Shown piece after piece: positions 1 through 11,217 of a stretch of DNA of 64,000 nucleotides (position 1 is its first letter; every line of letters starts with the position of its first letter). Under the pieces are notes generated by a model. That model saw only the letters and a list, made by a program, of their open reading frames with translations. It made no database searches and was not told the DNA's origin. The translations under genes and the position numbers were made by a program. Source of the DNA: an uncultured Clostridium sp. (GTDB lineage Bacteria > Bacillota > Clostridia > UBA1381); the NCBI GenBank assembly GCA_964426905.1, contig CAYRSG010000001.1:4786-68785 (forward strand), given 5' to 3'.

Positions 1-273
1 TGCTATATCGTCAGGATATTCCGGTCCGAGTTTTGAGCGCCCTTTTATAAGCTCAAAGCCGCGCGGAAAACGTTTTTTATAATGTTCAAATGTTTCGGGC
101 GCGCATACGAAACGGTTAGCGCCGAGAAAGTGAATTTGAATATCCGCGTGCGACGAAACAGCGTCGTATAAAAAATCAAGTTTCATTGTCGGTATCACCG
201 TAAAACCGATATTTTCCATAGAGTATACCGTTCTGACGTCCGCGCGGCAGTCAATAATCGCGATTTTCATCAT
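1..273 (-). CDS. Partial CDS running off the window start; DUF6873-like (GME/amidinotransferase-fold) hypothetical protein
   Basis: Absent from the ORF track. Open frame MMKIAIIDCRADVRTVYSMENIGFTVIPT...YDAVSSHADIQI...LGPEYPDDIA, with AAGGAT RBS 7 nt upstream, directly after the amidohydrolase stop. Family call from memory of the HxD and YPxDI motifs. Confidence 0.65.
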   Translation of the reverse strand, partial: MMKIAIIDCRADVRTVYSMENIGFTVIPTMKLDFLYDAVSSHADIQIHFLGANRFVCAPETFEHYKKRFPRGFELIKGRSKLGPEYPDDIA

Positions 274-284
274 AACATAAATCC

Positions 285-3439
<3,155 letters not shown>

Positions 3440-3655
3440 TTACTCCTTATTTAAGGTAATCCGTTCCATGCCGGATTGATTTTTGGCATACGTTTGACGC
3501 GCTCGAATTCATCAGCCGATCACTTAATTATAATACCATTATTTATTAATTATGTCAATAATCTATATTTCGTTAACGGATATTGTCGGAAGACGGCGAA
3601 AAATCCGCGGGATTTTAAATAAGGTCGGATAATTCGTGTAAAAAAACGCGTATAC

Positions 3656-3690
3656 AAAAAACAAACCGCCAATTGGGCGATTTGTTTTTT
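3656..3690 (-). terminator. Intrinsic terminator after tRNA-Arg
   Basis: AAAAAACAAACCGCC-aatt-GGGCGATTTGTTTTTT imperfect inverted repeat abutting the tRNA CCA end. Confidence 0.75.
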
Positions 3691-3767
3691 TGGCGCACCT
3701 GACAGGATTCGAACCTGCGGCGCCAAGAATCGGAATCTTGTGCTCTATCCGGCTGAGCTACAGGTGC
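3691..3767 (-). tRNA. tRNA-Arg(CCG)
   Basis: Reverse complement GCACCTGTAGCTCAGCCGGATAGAGCACAAGATTCCGATTCTTGGCGCCGCAGGTTCGAATCCTGTCAGGTGCGCCA: cloverleaf with anticodon arm CAAGA-TTCCGAT-TCTTG, GTTCGAA T-loop and encoded CCA. Confidence 0.96.
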
Positions 3768-3775
3768 ATAACAGT

Positions 3776-3804
3776 ATTTTACCATATACGCGCTGTAATG
3801 TCAA
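3776..3804 (-). promoter_or_regulatory. Sigma-A promoter of tRNA-Arg
   Basis: TTGACA-N17-TAAAAT with TGn extension on the minus strand. Confidence 0.75.
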
Positions 3805-6800
3805 TCAAAAAATCATTTTTATCGAGCTTCCCAAGGGACTTCGTTTTACAATAATTTTTTTATCAATTTTGTCTTTAAGTTCGCTTATGTGAGATATTAT
3901 GCCCACCATTCTGTCGTTCTCAGAAAGGGAATTCAACGCTTCGACAGCCTGTTCAAGCGATTCGCTGTCAAGTACTCCAAACCCTTCGTCCACAAACATT
4001 GAGTCAAGTTTCACTCCGCCGGAACTGCGCTGTATAACTTCAGAAAGTCCGAGCGCCATACACAGCGACGCTTTAAACGATTCTCCTCCCGAAAGAGATT
4101 TCACATCACGGCTTTTTCCCGTATAATTATCAAAAACATCAATTTCAAGACCGCCGCGTGATTTAAGATTATCGCTCATATCGCGCTTTACAAGCTCGAA
4201 TCTTCCGTTTGTCATATAAGTAAACCGCTTATTCGCCTCATTTAAAATAGACTTAAAATAAGCCGATTGGATATACTGTTCAAACGCTATCTTTCTCCTT
4301 TGCGGAAGCTCTCCGCATGCTGTCTGCGAAATATTAAGAAGCATTGAATATTCTCTTTCATCCTTTTTCATTTGCTTAAAAAGCTCCGAAACAGTCTTTT
4401 TTACCTTTTTATTTATACTTATTTCCGTATGCAGGTTTCTTGCGGTCTCCGCGATACTTTCCAGAGATAAGTTCAATTCTTTTCTCTCTTGCTCAAGTTT
4501 GGTTAAATCGACGATTTCTTTGGAAGCCGCCGCTCCTTCAAGAGCTTTTATTTTCCCTTTTATTCCCTCAAGAGATGAAAAGAAGCTGTCTGTTTCGTCC
4601 TTCATTTCAGCAATCTCATCCGCGCTTGGGATAGTCTTAAGATCATTCTCCGAATATCCGAATTTTTTCAGTAATCTCTCAACCTCAAGTCTGTCGCGCT
4701 CCGCTTCTTCCGACGCTTTAACGGCAATAGGCTCGTTTTTTTCAATAACCTTTTTTGCGCCGGCGACGTTGCTTACACAGTTATTATACGTCTCCTCGGC
4801 TTCCGCAAGGCTTCTCGCAAGATCGTCCCGCTCTCTTTTGAACGCGGAAATTTTTTCGCGCGCGTCTTCCTCGCTATCGCAGCTTATAAGAGCTTTGAGA
4901 GTATTAATTCTTTCCTCAATTCCTTTGAGAGTTATGCTCAGATCTGTAATCGTTTCGCTTACCTCTTTAATACAGGCTTCGGTTTCGTTTAGTTTTTCGC
5001 GGCAGACGCTTATTTTTTTCTCATATTCCTTTTTTTGCAAAACAGCATTTTTTGCTTCTTCCGCTATTTTCCTGTTTTCAGCAAGCGCGGACGCGTTCTT
5101 TTTCTCCGCGTCTCTTACCGAAGCGGTTATATCCTCCGATACGTCCGCGCCTATATCATTTAAAACAGCTTCAATAAGACCCGACGCTTTTTCGTACTCG
5201 TTTTTCTTCGACGCGGCGTTATCCGCGAGAAGTCTGCATTCATTGCCGAGCGATTCGGTTTCCCTTTTCAGCGTATCAAGCTCCCGCTCGGTAGGAGCAG
5301 ACCCGCTCGTTTTCGCCGGCTTCGGATGTTCATGGGAACCGCAGACGGGACAAGGTTCGCCGTCACGAAGATTTTTTGCCATTATTCCGGCTTGTTCGCG
5401 GAGAAACCGACTGTATTGCTCATTGTATATAGCGGTTTTTTCTTTAAATTTATTCTCACGCTCAAGGTATTTTTCAGTAATCGCGGCGTAAGCATTTTTT
5501 GCGTTTTCAAATACTTCGCAGTCAAGAAGCGCTTTTAATAATCTGCCGCGCGTTTTTTTTGCTTCCTCAAGCATATTGCCGGCTTTTTCACAGTCCGCCT
5601 CCGCCATTTTTACATCAGACAGCTTTACATCCAAATCGGAGATGGTTTCTATAATACTCTTTCGTTCATTGCTCAAGCTTTCGGCGTATTCCCTGTATGC
5701 GGAAATTTTCTTGTCCGTTTCTTCTCTATCCGCTTCAAGCGCGTTTATTTCACTGTAATATGTCAGCTCGTTTCCGATAGCGGCTATATTTTCCGCAATC
5801 CGATTTCTTTCTTCCTGTCTGCCCTTTTCTTTCTCCAGCGCGTCCTTCAGAAGGCTAAGCCTTTTTTCATTTTCCGTTAGAATATTCCTTTGCTCGTCTA
5901 TGACCGAGTTTAGCTCCGCCGCGCTTTTTTCGCGGTCGCCAAGCCGCTTATACAGCGGCGCTATCTGCTGCGCGATATTATTGTACATTTCGATTATTTT
6001 TTTCTTATTCCGAATATCCGTATCCCTGCTTTTCATGTCTTCGAGGCGGCGTTTTTCTGCGGCTAACGTCTGAAGCAAGGCGTTGTTTTTTTCAGCCGCG
6101 CTTATTGACAGCGAAAGCGTATCTATTTTTTTCTTTACGCCGGTCTCGTCTTTCATGAGCCGACTGTTTTCCATCTCGGACTTTTTTATAATTTCATCGG
6201 CTTTTTCAAGAAATTCATCTGCCCTTGACCAATCAAAAGGAAGCGCGTCGCCGCATATTATATTTTTCATTTCACGGTCTATATTCTCTTTTTCGTTTTC
6301 ATACGTTCTGCGCTTTTCAGCGCACGCCGCTTTAAGTCTGTCCTGAAAACGGCGATAAAAATCAGTGTTGAAAATTTTACGGAATATGCGTCCGCGTTCT
6401 TCCGTGCCGGCAAGGAGAAGCTTAAGAAAATCCCCTTGCGCTATCATTGCGATCTGCGTGAACTGTCCGTAGTCTATACCGAGAAGCTCTTCCACTGCGG
6501 CGTTAACTTCCTTTACGCCCGCTCTTACGCTTCCGTCGGGATACGTAAGCTCCGCCTTCGCGCTTTCCTCGGTTTTTAATCCGTCCCTTTTATACCGCGG
6601 ATTTCTGTATATTTTATATATTTTGTCTCTGTATTCAAACTCCAGCTCGACAAAGGTTTTTATATTTTTTTTCGCGAAATCGCTTCTGAACATGCTGTTT
6701 TCGCGTCTGCGCGTTGAGGCTTCGCCGTAAAGAGCAAATGTAATCGCGTCGAATATTGTGGTTTTTCCCGCGCCTGTATCGCCCGTAATTATGTATAAGC

Positions 6801-6882
6801 CGTTCAGGTACTTTTCAAAATCGACCGTAACCTCTCCGGCATAAGGTCCGAACGCGCTCATAGTAACCTTTAAAGGCTTCAT
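3805..6882 (-). CDS. sbcC: SbcC/Rad50-like SMC ATPase, exonuclease subunit C
   Basis: Walker A GDTGAGKTT, long coiled coil with CPVC zinc hook, LSGGE signature, Walker B FVDEGFG; overlaps sbcD by 4 nt. Confidence 0.95.
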   Translation of the reverse strand: MKPLKVTMSAFGPYAGEVTVDFEKYLNGLYIITGDTGAGKTTIFDAITFALYGEASTRRRENSMFRSDFAKKNIKTFVELEFEYRDKIYKIYRNPRYKRDGLKTEESAKAELTYPDGSVRAGVKEVNAAVEELLGIDYGQFTQIAMIAQGDFLKLLLAGTEERGRIFRKIFNTDFYRRFQDRLKAACAEKRRTYENEKENIDREMKNIICGDALPFDWSRADEFLEKADEIIKKSEMENSRLMKDETGVKKKIDTLSLSISAAEKNNALLQTLAAEKRRLEDMKSRDTDIRNKKKIIEMYNNIAQQIAPLYKRLGDREKSAAELNSVIDEQRNILTENEKRLSLLKDALEKEKGRQEERNRIAENIAAIGNELTYYSEINALEADREETDKKISAYREYAESLSNERKSIIETISDLDVKLSDVKMAEADCEKAGNMLEEAKKTRGRLLKALLDCEVFENAKNAYAAITEKYLERENKFKEKTAIYNEQYSRFLREQAGIMAKNLRDGEPCPVCGSHEHPKPAKTSGSAPTERELDTLKRETESLGNECRLLADNAASKKNEYEKASGLIEAVLNDIGADVSEDITASVRDAEKKNASALAENRKIAEEAKNAVLQKKEYEKKISVCREKLNETEACIKEVSETITDLSITLKGIEERINTLKALISCDSEEDAREKISAFKRERDDLARSLAEAEETYNNCVSNVAGAKKVIEKNEPIAVKASEEAERDRLEVERLLKKFGYSENDLKTIPSADEIAEMKDETDSFFSSLEGIKGKIKALEGAAASKEIVDLTKLEQERKELNLSLESIAETARNLHTEISINKKVKKTVSELFKQMKKDEREYSMLLNISQTACGELPQRRKIAFEQYIQSAYFKSILNEANKRFTYMTNGRFELVKRDMSDNLKSRGGLEIDVFDNYTGKSRDVKSLSGGESFKASLCMALGLSEVIQRSSGGVKLDSMFVDEGFGVLDSESLEQAVEALNSLSENDRMVGIISHISELKDKIDKKIIVKRSPLGSSIKMIF

Positions 6883-7988
6883 TCGTTTTCATCCTCCCTC
6901 ATATACGTCGCCGCTATTTCTTTTTGCTCGTCGTCAAGCGGTCTGCCGTTTTGTTTCTCATAAAATTCCTCAAACAATTCCTCCGGTGATTTGGACGTGA
7001 CGTCCTCAGCCTCGTAAAATCCGGTCTCATCGGTTTTCCGGCAGGCAAACTCAAGCTGCATTACATTCGGGTAAACGCTGCGCGCTTTATCCATAGCGTC
7101 TATAATGCGGTCTTCATCCGTAAGCGTTATATGAAGGTAGTCGTTTCTGTCGGCAGCCGCCGCGGTTTCTTCCGAAAGTATGTTTTCTATATTTCCTTTT
7201 ATCGCGCGCATATCATGAAGAGGAACAAGCGGTATTGTTTTTACGGAAAAATCATCGCTGTCTACAACCGTTAATGTTTTGCCGCACGAGGCTTCGGAAA
7301 ACGAGTATTTCAGCGGCGAACCGCAGTAGCGGATATTTTCAAGAACATACTGAGGTCTGTGGATATGACCGAGCGCGGCATAATCAAACGCGCTGAAAAC
7401 CGACGCGTCGATATTGTCGACGCCGCCTACGGAAACGCTTTCCGAATCGCTTCTTATTATTTCTTTGCCTGCGGCGGTTACAAACTGATGCGATATTATA
7501 ACATTTTTTTCTCCGCGATGTATATCGCAGGCTTCAATAACGCTTTTCACAGCGTCTTCAAAGCTCTCTGCGTCGGGATAAAATCTTCTCGCTTCGGCGG
7601 GCTTTATAAACGGAAGCATATAAAAATTTACGCCGTCTATCGAAACGGAGCGCGTTGTTCCGTCGAACACGGAGTATATATATACGCCGCTGTTCTCCAT
7701 TATTCCGCTTCCGAAGCCGAGACGCTCGGGTGAATCGTGATTGCCGCTTATAATTAAAACGGGAATATTTAAAAGCGCGAATTCAGTCAGAAACGCGTCG
7801 AATATTCCGACCGCCTCCACAGGCGGAACGGATCTGTCATAGACGTCTCCGGCAATCAGGACGGCGTTTATTTTTTCTTTTTTTGCGATATCAACTATTT
7901 GGTCAAGTATATAAATCTGATCGTTTATCATTGAAAACTCATTGATTTTCTTGCCTATATGCAAATCGGATAAATGTATAAATTTCAT
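6879..7988 (-). CDS. sbcD: SbcD/Mre11-like nuclease subunit D
   Basis: DLHIG, AGDVYD, GNHD, SHQF, LGHIH and GSPLKYSFSE metallophosphoesterase motifs. Confidence 0.96.
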   Translation of the reverse strand: MKFIHLSDLHIGKKINEFSMINDQIYILDQIVDIAKKEKINAVLIAGDVYDRSVPPVEAVGIFDAFLTEFALLNIPVLIISGNHDSPERLGFGSGIMENSGVYIYSVFDGTTRSVSIDGVNFYMLPFIKPAEARRFYPDAESFEDAVKSVIEACDIHRGEKNVIISHQFVTAAGKEIIRSDSESVSVGGVDNIDASVFSAFDYAALGHIHRPQYVLENIRYCGSPLKYSFSEASCGKTLTVVDSDDFSVKTIPLVPLHDMRAIKGNIENILSEETAAAADRNDYLHITLTDEDRIIDAMDKARSVYPNVMQLEFACRKTDETGFYEAEDVTSKSPEELFEEFYEKQNGRPLDDEQKEIAATYMREDENE

Positions 7989-8023
7989 GCAAAGTTCCTC
8001 GTTTTTCGTCTTTACTCACATTT

Positions 8024-8109
8024 ATTGTACTCTTATGCGCTCATAAAGTCAATATAAGTCACAAAATTATTAAATTATTGTTGACATAAAAAGAAAAATG
8101 ATGTATACT
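8024..8109. promoter_or_regulatory. Divergent sigma-A promoters for sbcDC and the SCP2 gene
   Basis: Minus strand TTGACT-N17-TACAAT (8052-8024); plus strand TTGACA-N17-TATACT (8081-8109). Confidence 0.7.
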
Positions 8110-8185
8110 GAATTTGAATTGTAGGTAAATAATAAAACTACGACATGCGGATTATATCTGCAAATACGAAAGGAGGATTTTTAAA

Positions 8186-8740
8186 ATGACATTTGAACAG
8201 GCATTTTTAAAAATCAAAGAAAAGTTTGAAAACGCCGACGCAAGCGGCACAGATGATTTTGCCATTCAGGTAACGTTTACGGACGAAGATTGCGGCGGTA
8301 CATTCTATGCTGAAGTAAAAGACGGAAAACTCGCTGTAGAACCATACGACTATTGGGACAATACTGCTTCGCTTGATATTTCCAAATCGGCGCTTCTCGC
8401 CATCCTCGGCGGAAGATCGACTCTTGACAAGGCCGTAGCCGACGGCGAGGCTTTTGTCCATGGCGACGCTTCAAAAATTGCCGACTGGAAAAAAACAATC
8501 AAAAAAGCTCCCGCCAAAAAGACGGTCGCTAAAAAGCCGGGAACTAAAAAGACCGCGAAGTCCGCTCCCGCAAAAACGGAAGCAAAAGCCGTTTCCGCTA
8601 AGAGCGCTAATTCTGAAGCGAAGACCGTTCCCGCTAAGAGCGTTAAGTCCGAAGTAAAGACCGCTTCCGCTAAGAGCGTTAAGCCTGAGGCAAAGACCGC
8701 TCCCGTTAAGCCGGCGGCGAAGAAGACAACGAAGAAATAA
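8186..8740 (+). CDS. SCP2 sterol/lipid-binding domain protein with histone-H1-like Lys/Ala/Pro-rich tail
   Basis: N-terminal ~105 aa SCP2-like (AIQVTFTDEDCGGTFYAEVKDGKLAVEPYDY); C-terminal ~80 aa K/A/P/T/S tail; RBS AAGGAGG. Confidence 0.8.
   Translation: MTFEQAFLKIKEKFENADASGTDDFAIQVTFTDEDCGGTFYAEVKDGKLAVEPYDYWDNTASLDISKSALLAILGGRSTLDKAVADGEAFVHGDASKIADWKKTIKKAPAKKTVAKKPGTKKTAKSAPAKTEAKAVSAKSANSEAKTVPAKSVKSEVKTASAKSVKPEAKTAPVKPAAKKTTKK
8579..8710 (+). repeat. 36-bp coding tandem repeat, about 3.5 copies
   Basis: Encodes EAKAVSAKSANS / EAKTVPAKSVKS / EVKTASAKSVKP / EAKTAPVK. Confidence 0.85.
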
Positions 8741-8823
8741 TCAAACGCGGCAATTCATAACCTCTTGTTTTTCTTTATGAAAATTCATGCGGTTAAGCAA
8801 AAATATTGATTCATTGTTTATTT

Positions 8824-8857
8824 AAAAGGGACTGTAAAGCTTTACAGTCCCTTTTTT
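8824..8857 (+). terminator. Perfect 32-bp palindrome, intrinsic terminator
   Basis: AAAAGGGACTGTAAAG|CTTTACAGTCCCTTTT followed by further T residues. Confidence 0.85.
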
Positions 8858-9060
8858 ATATTTGCCGGCGCGGATTCGCTTATTTTAATCGTCTTCCCCG
8901 ACGCATCGTTATTTTCGTTTGCGTATCCGGACGCTTATCATCAAATAAGGAAAATTACGTATGACAAAATTGAAGTCCACGGTTTTACCGAAACGTTCTT
9001 TGCCTTCATACGCGCTTTTTTAAATTTTGTTTGCGTTTACAGGCAAAAAAATTTCTAAGC

Positions 9061-9093
9061 TTTAACTTTATTTTAACCTACGGCGTTTACAAT
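9061..9093 (+). promoter_or_regulatory. OmpR/PhoB-type tandem direct repeat plus -10 box (VTC operon promoter)
   Basis: TTTAAC-tttat-TTTAACCT-acggcgtt-TACAAT; 11-bp period; same architecture as 15747-15779. Confidence 0.65.
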
Positions 9094-9154
9094 ATAGTTA
9101 ACCCAATCGGGAAATCTATGTTTTGCAAATAAAATATAAGAAGGCGGCGGCAAT

Positions 9155-9820
9155 ATGAAAATACTTATAATCGACGACGCGATTGAACTTAATAACACAA
9201 TATCCGAAATTCTTTCAAATCATAATTACGAGGTCGAAAGCGCTTACGACGGGAAAAGCGGTTTAAGAATGGCTCTTGAAAAAGAGTACGACATAATCCT
9301 TCTCGATATTATGCTGCCTCAATTGAACGGATACGACGTATTGAAAAAGCTGAGAAACGCGGGTAGAGACGTCCCTGTTATTCTAATAACCGCGAGAGAC
9401 GATATAGACGATAAAATAGACGGATTAGAGCTTGGCGCGGACGATTATCTTTCAAAGCCGTTTAATATAAACGAATTGATTGTGAGAATTAAAGCTGTCG
9501 CGAGGAGAAGCAAAAAGTCAACCGCGGACGACAGTCTTATATATTATGCCGACGTCGCGTTAAATACGGACGCCGGAGAAATTATAAAAGAACAATCGGC
9601 GATTTCTATAAATGAAACCGAATGTGAAATAATAAAATATCTTATAAATCACAGCGAGGTTATTGTTCCGGAAAAAAATCTTATAAAGAAAACGGGCTTG
9701 CGGCCCGAAGAAAAAGAAAAACTGAATTTGTATATAAATCATCTGCGGGATTTGCTCAATATACTTAAATCTAAAATAAAAATTATTTATATCAGAGACT
9801 GCGGATACAAATTGTGCTGA
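9155..9820 (+). CDS. OmpR-family response regulator with degenerate winged helix
   Basis: Receiver motifs IIDD, LLDIMLP, ITAR and DDYLSKPF intact; C-terminal LYINHLRDLL / YIRDCGY departs from VYIxxLRKK / TVRGVGY. Confidence 0.9.
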   Translation: MKILIIDDAIELNNTISEILSNHNYEVESAYDGKSGLRMALEKEYDIILLDIMLPQLNGYDVLKKLRNAGRDVPVILITARDDIDDKIDGLELGADDYLSKPFNINELIVRIKAVARRSKKSTADDSLIYYADVALNTDAGEIIKEQSAISINETECEIIKYLINHSEVIVPEKNLIKKTGLRPEEKEKLNLYINHLRDLLNILKSKIKIIYIRDCGYKLC

Positions 9821-9841
9821 TAGAGGAAAGGCGGTGATAAC

Positions 9842-10507
9842 ATGAAATTCAGGCACGAATACAAGCATCAAATCAATCTCGCGGACATTTTTGTTCTCAA
9901 AGCAAGGCTGTTGGCAGTAGCGAAACATGATTCAAACGCCGGCGAAGACGGCGCGTATTATATCAAAAGCCTATATTTTGATAATTACGCCGACAAAGCT
10001 CTTCGCGAAAAAATAGACGGCGTAAACAAAAGGGAAAAATTTCGTATCAGGTATTACGGGACGGACGTCTCTTTCATACGCCTTGAAAAGAAAAGTAAAA
10101 TAAACGGTCTATGCAGTAAAGAAAGCGCCGAGATTACGGCGGAGGAGTGCGAAAAAATCATCGACGGAGATATAAATTTTCTTGCGGAAAGAGACAGCGG
10201 ACTTTTAAACGAGCTGTACGCCAAAATGAAATATCAAATTCTTCGTCCCAAATGTATTGTGGCGTACAGGCGGGAATGCTTTGTATATCCTCCCGGGAAC
10301 GTACGCGTTACAATCGATACGGATATTTGCGGAAGCAATAATGTAAAGGAATTTTTAAATCCCGATTTGGAGTTCGTACAGACTTATCGCAATTCCGTAT
10401 TGGAGGTAAAATGGGACGAGTATCTGCCGCAAATAATACGGGACTGCGTGCAGGTAAAATCGAGAAGGTCGGCCGCTTTTTCAAAATACGCGGCGGTAAG
10501 GTTTTAA
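9842..10507 (+). CDS. VTC / polyphosphate polymerase domain protein (CYTH tunnel fold)
   Basis: RHEYKH, SLYFD, KFRIRYY, LEKKSK, YRRECF, RVTID, LEVKW and FSKY motifs of the bacterial VTC domain. Confidence 0.9.
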   Translation: MKFRHEYKHQINLADIFVLKARLLAVAKHDSNAGEDGAYYIKSLYFDNYADKALREKIDGVNKREKFRIRYYGTDVSFIRLEKKSKINGLCSKESAEITAEECEKIIDGDINFLAERDSGLLNELYAKMKYQILRPKCIVAYRRECFVYPPGNVRVTIDTDICGSNNVKEFLNPDLEFVQTYRNSVLEVKWDEYLPQIIRDCVQVKSRRSAAFSKYAAVRF

Positions 10508-10536
10508 TATTTTAATAATGAAAGGAAGTAAAAATT

Positions 10537-11208
10537 ATGAGTTTTAGCGATGTTTTTAAATCAAGCTTTTTGGCGAATGTTAATTCATTCTCTACGGCGG
10601 ATGTGCTTTTGGCGCTTGGATTGTCCTTTGTGTTGGGGTTGTTTATATTTATTATTTACAAAAAAACCTATCAGGGCGTTATGTATTCCGACTCGTTCGG
10701 CGTCTCGCTTATCGCGATGTCTATGATAACAAGTCTTGTAATTATCGCGGTTACATCTAACGTAGTATTATCGCTCGGTATGGTCGGCGCGCTTTCCATT
10801 GTCCGTTTCAGAACAGCGATTAAGGAGCCTATGGATATTGCGTTTTTATTCTGGGCGATAGCGGTCGGCATTGTGCTCGGAGCGGGGCTTTTATCTTTGG
10901 CAGTAATCGGTTCCGTTATAATCGGTATTATTATCGTTGTTTTCTCCACGCGAAAAATCGGAGATACTCCGTATATTCTTGTGGTAAACTGCAAAAACGG
11001 CGAAGCGGAAAAAGCGGCGGACGCGCTTATTAAAGAAGAAGCAAAGAAAAGCGTTTTAAAATCCAAATCCGTAAACAAGCTTGGCGTCGAGCTTACCTAT
11101 GAAATCCGTATCAAAAATGACGATACAAGCTTTATAAACAGCGTTTCCTCCGGCGAGGGCGTAACCAATGCCGTTCTCGTCACCTATAACGGCGAATATA
11201 TGTCGTAA
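10537..11208 (+). CDS. DUF4956 membrane protein (MgtC/SapB-like TM region plus C-terminal soluble domain)
   Basis: Hallmark SLGMVGALSIVRFRTAIKEPMDIAFLFWAIAVGIVLGAG; several hydrophobic helices; usual partner of the VTC gene. Confidence 0.9.
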   Translation: MSFSDVFKSSFLANVNSFSTADVLLALGLSFVLGLFIFIIYKKTYQGVMYSDSFGVSLIAMSMITSLVIIAVTSNVVLSLGMVGALSIVRFRTAIKEPMDIAFLFWAIAVGIVLGAGLLSLAVIGSVIIGIIIVVFSTRKIGDTPYILVVNCKNGEAEKAADALIKEEAKKSVLKSKSVNKLGVELTYEIRIKNDDTSFINSVSSGEGVTNAVLVTYNGEYMS

Positions 11209-11217
11209 GGAATACCG

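Noticed and set aside
4499-5491. 330-aa Ser/Phe-rich plus-strand ORF
   Set aside because: Antisense shadow of the Glu/Lys-rich SbcC coiled coil.
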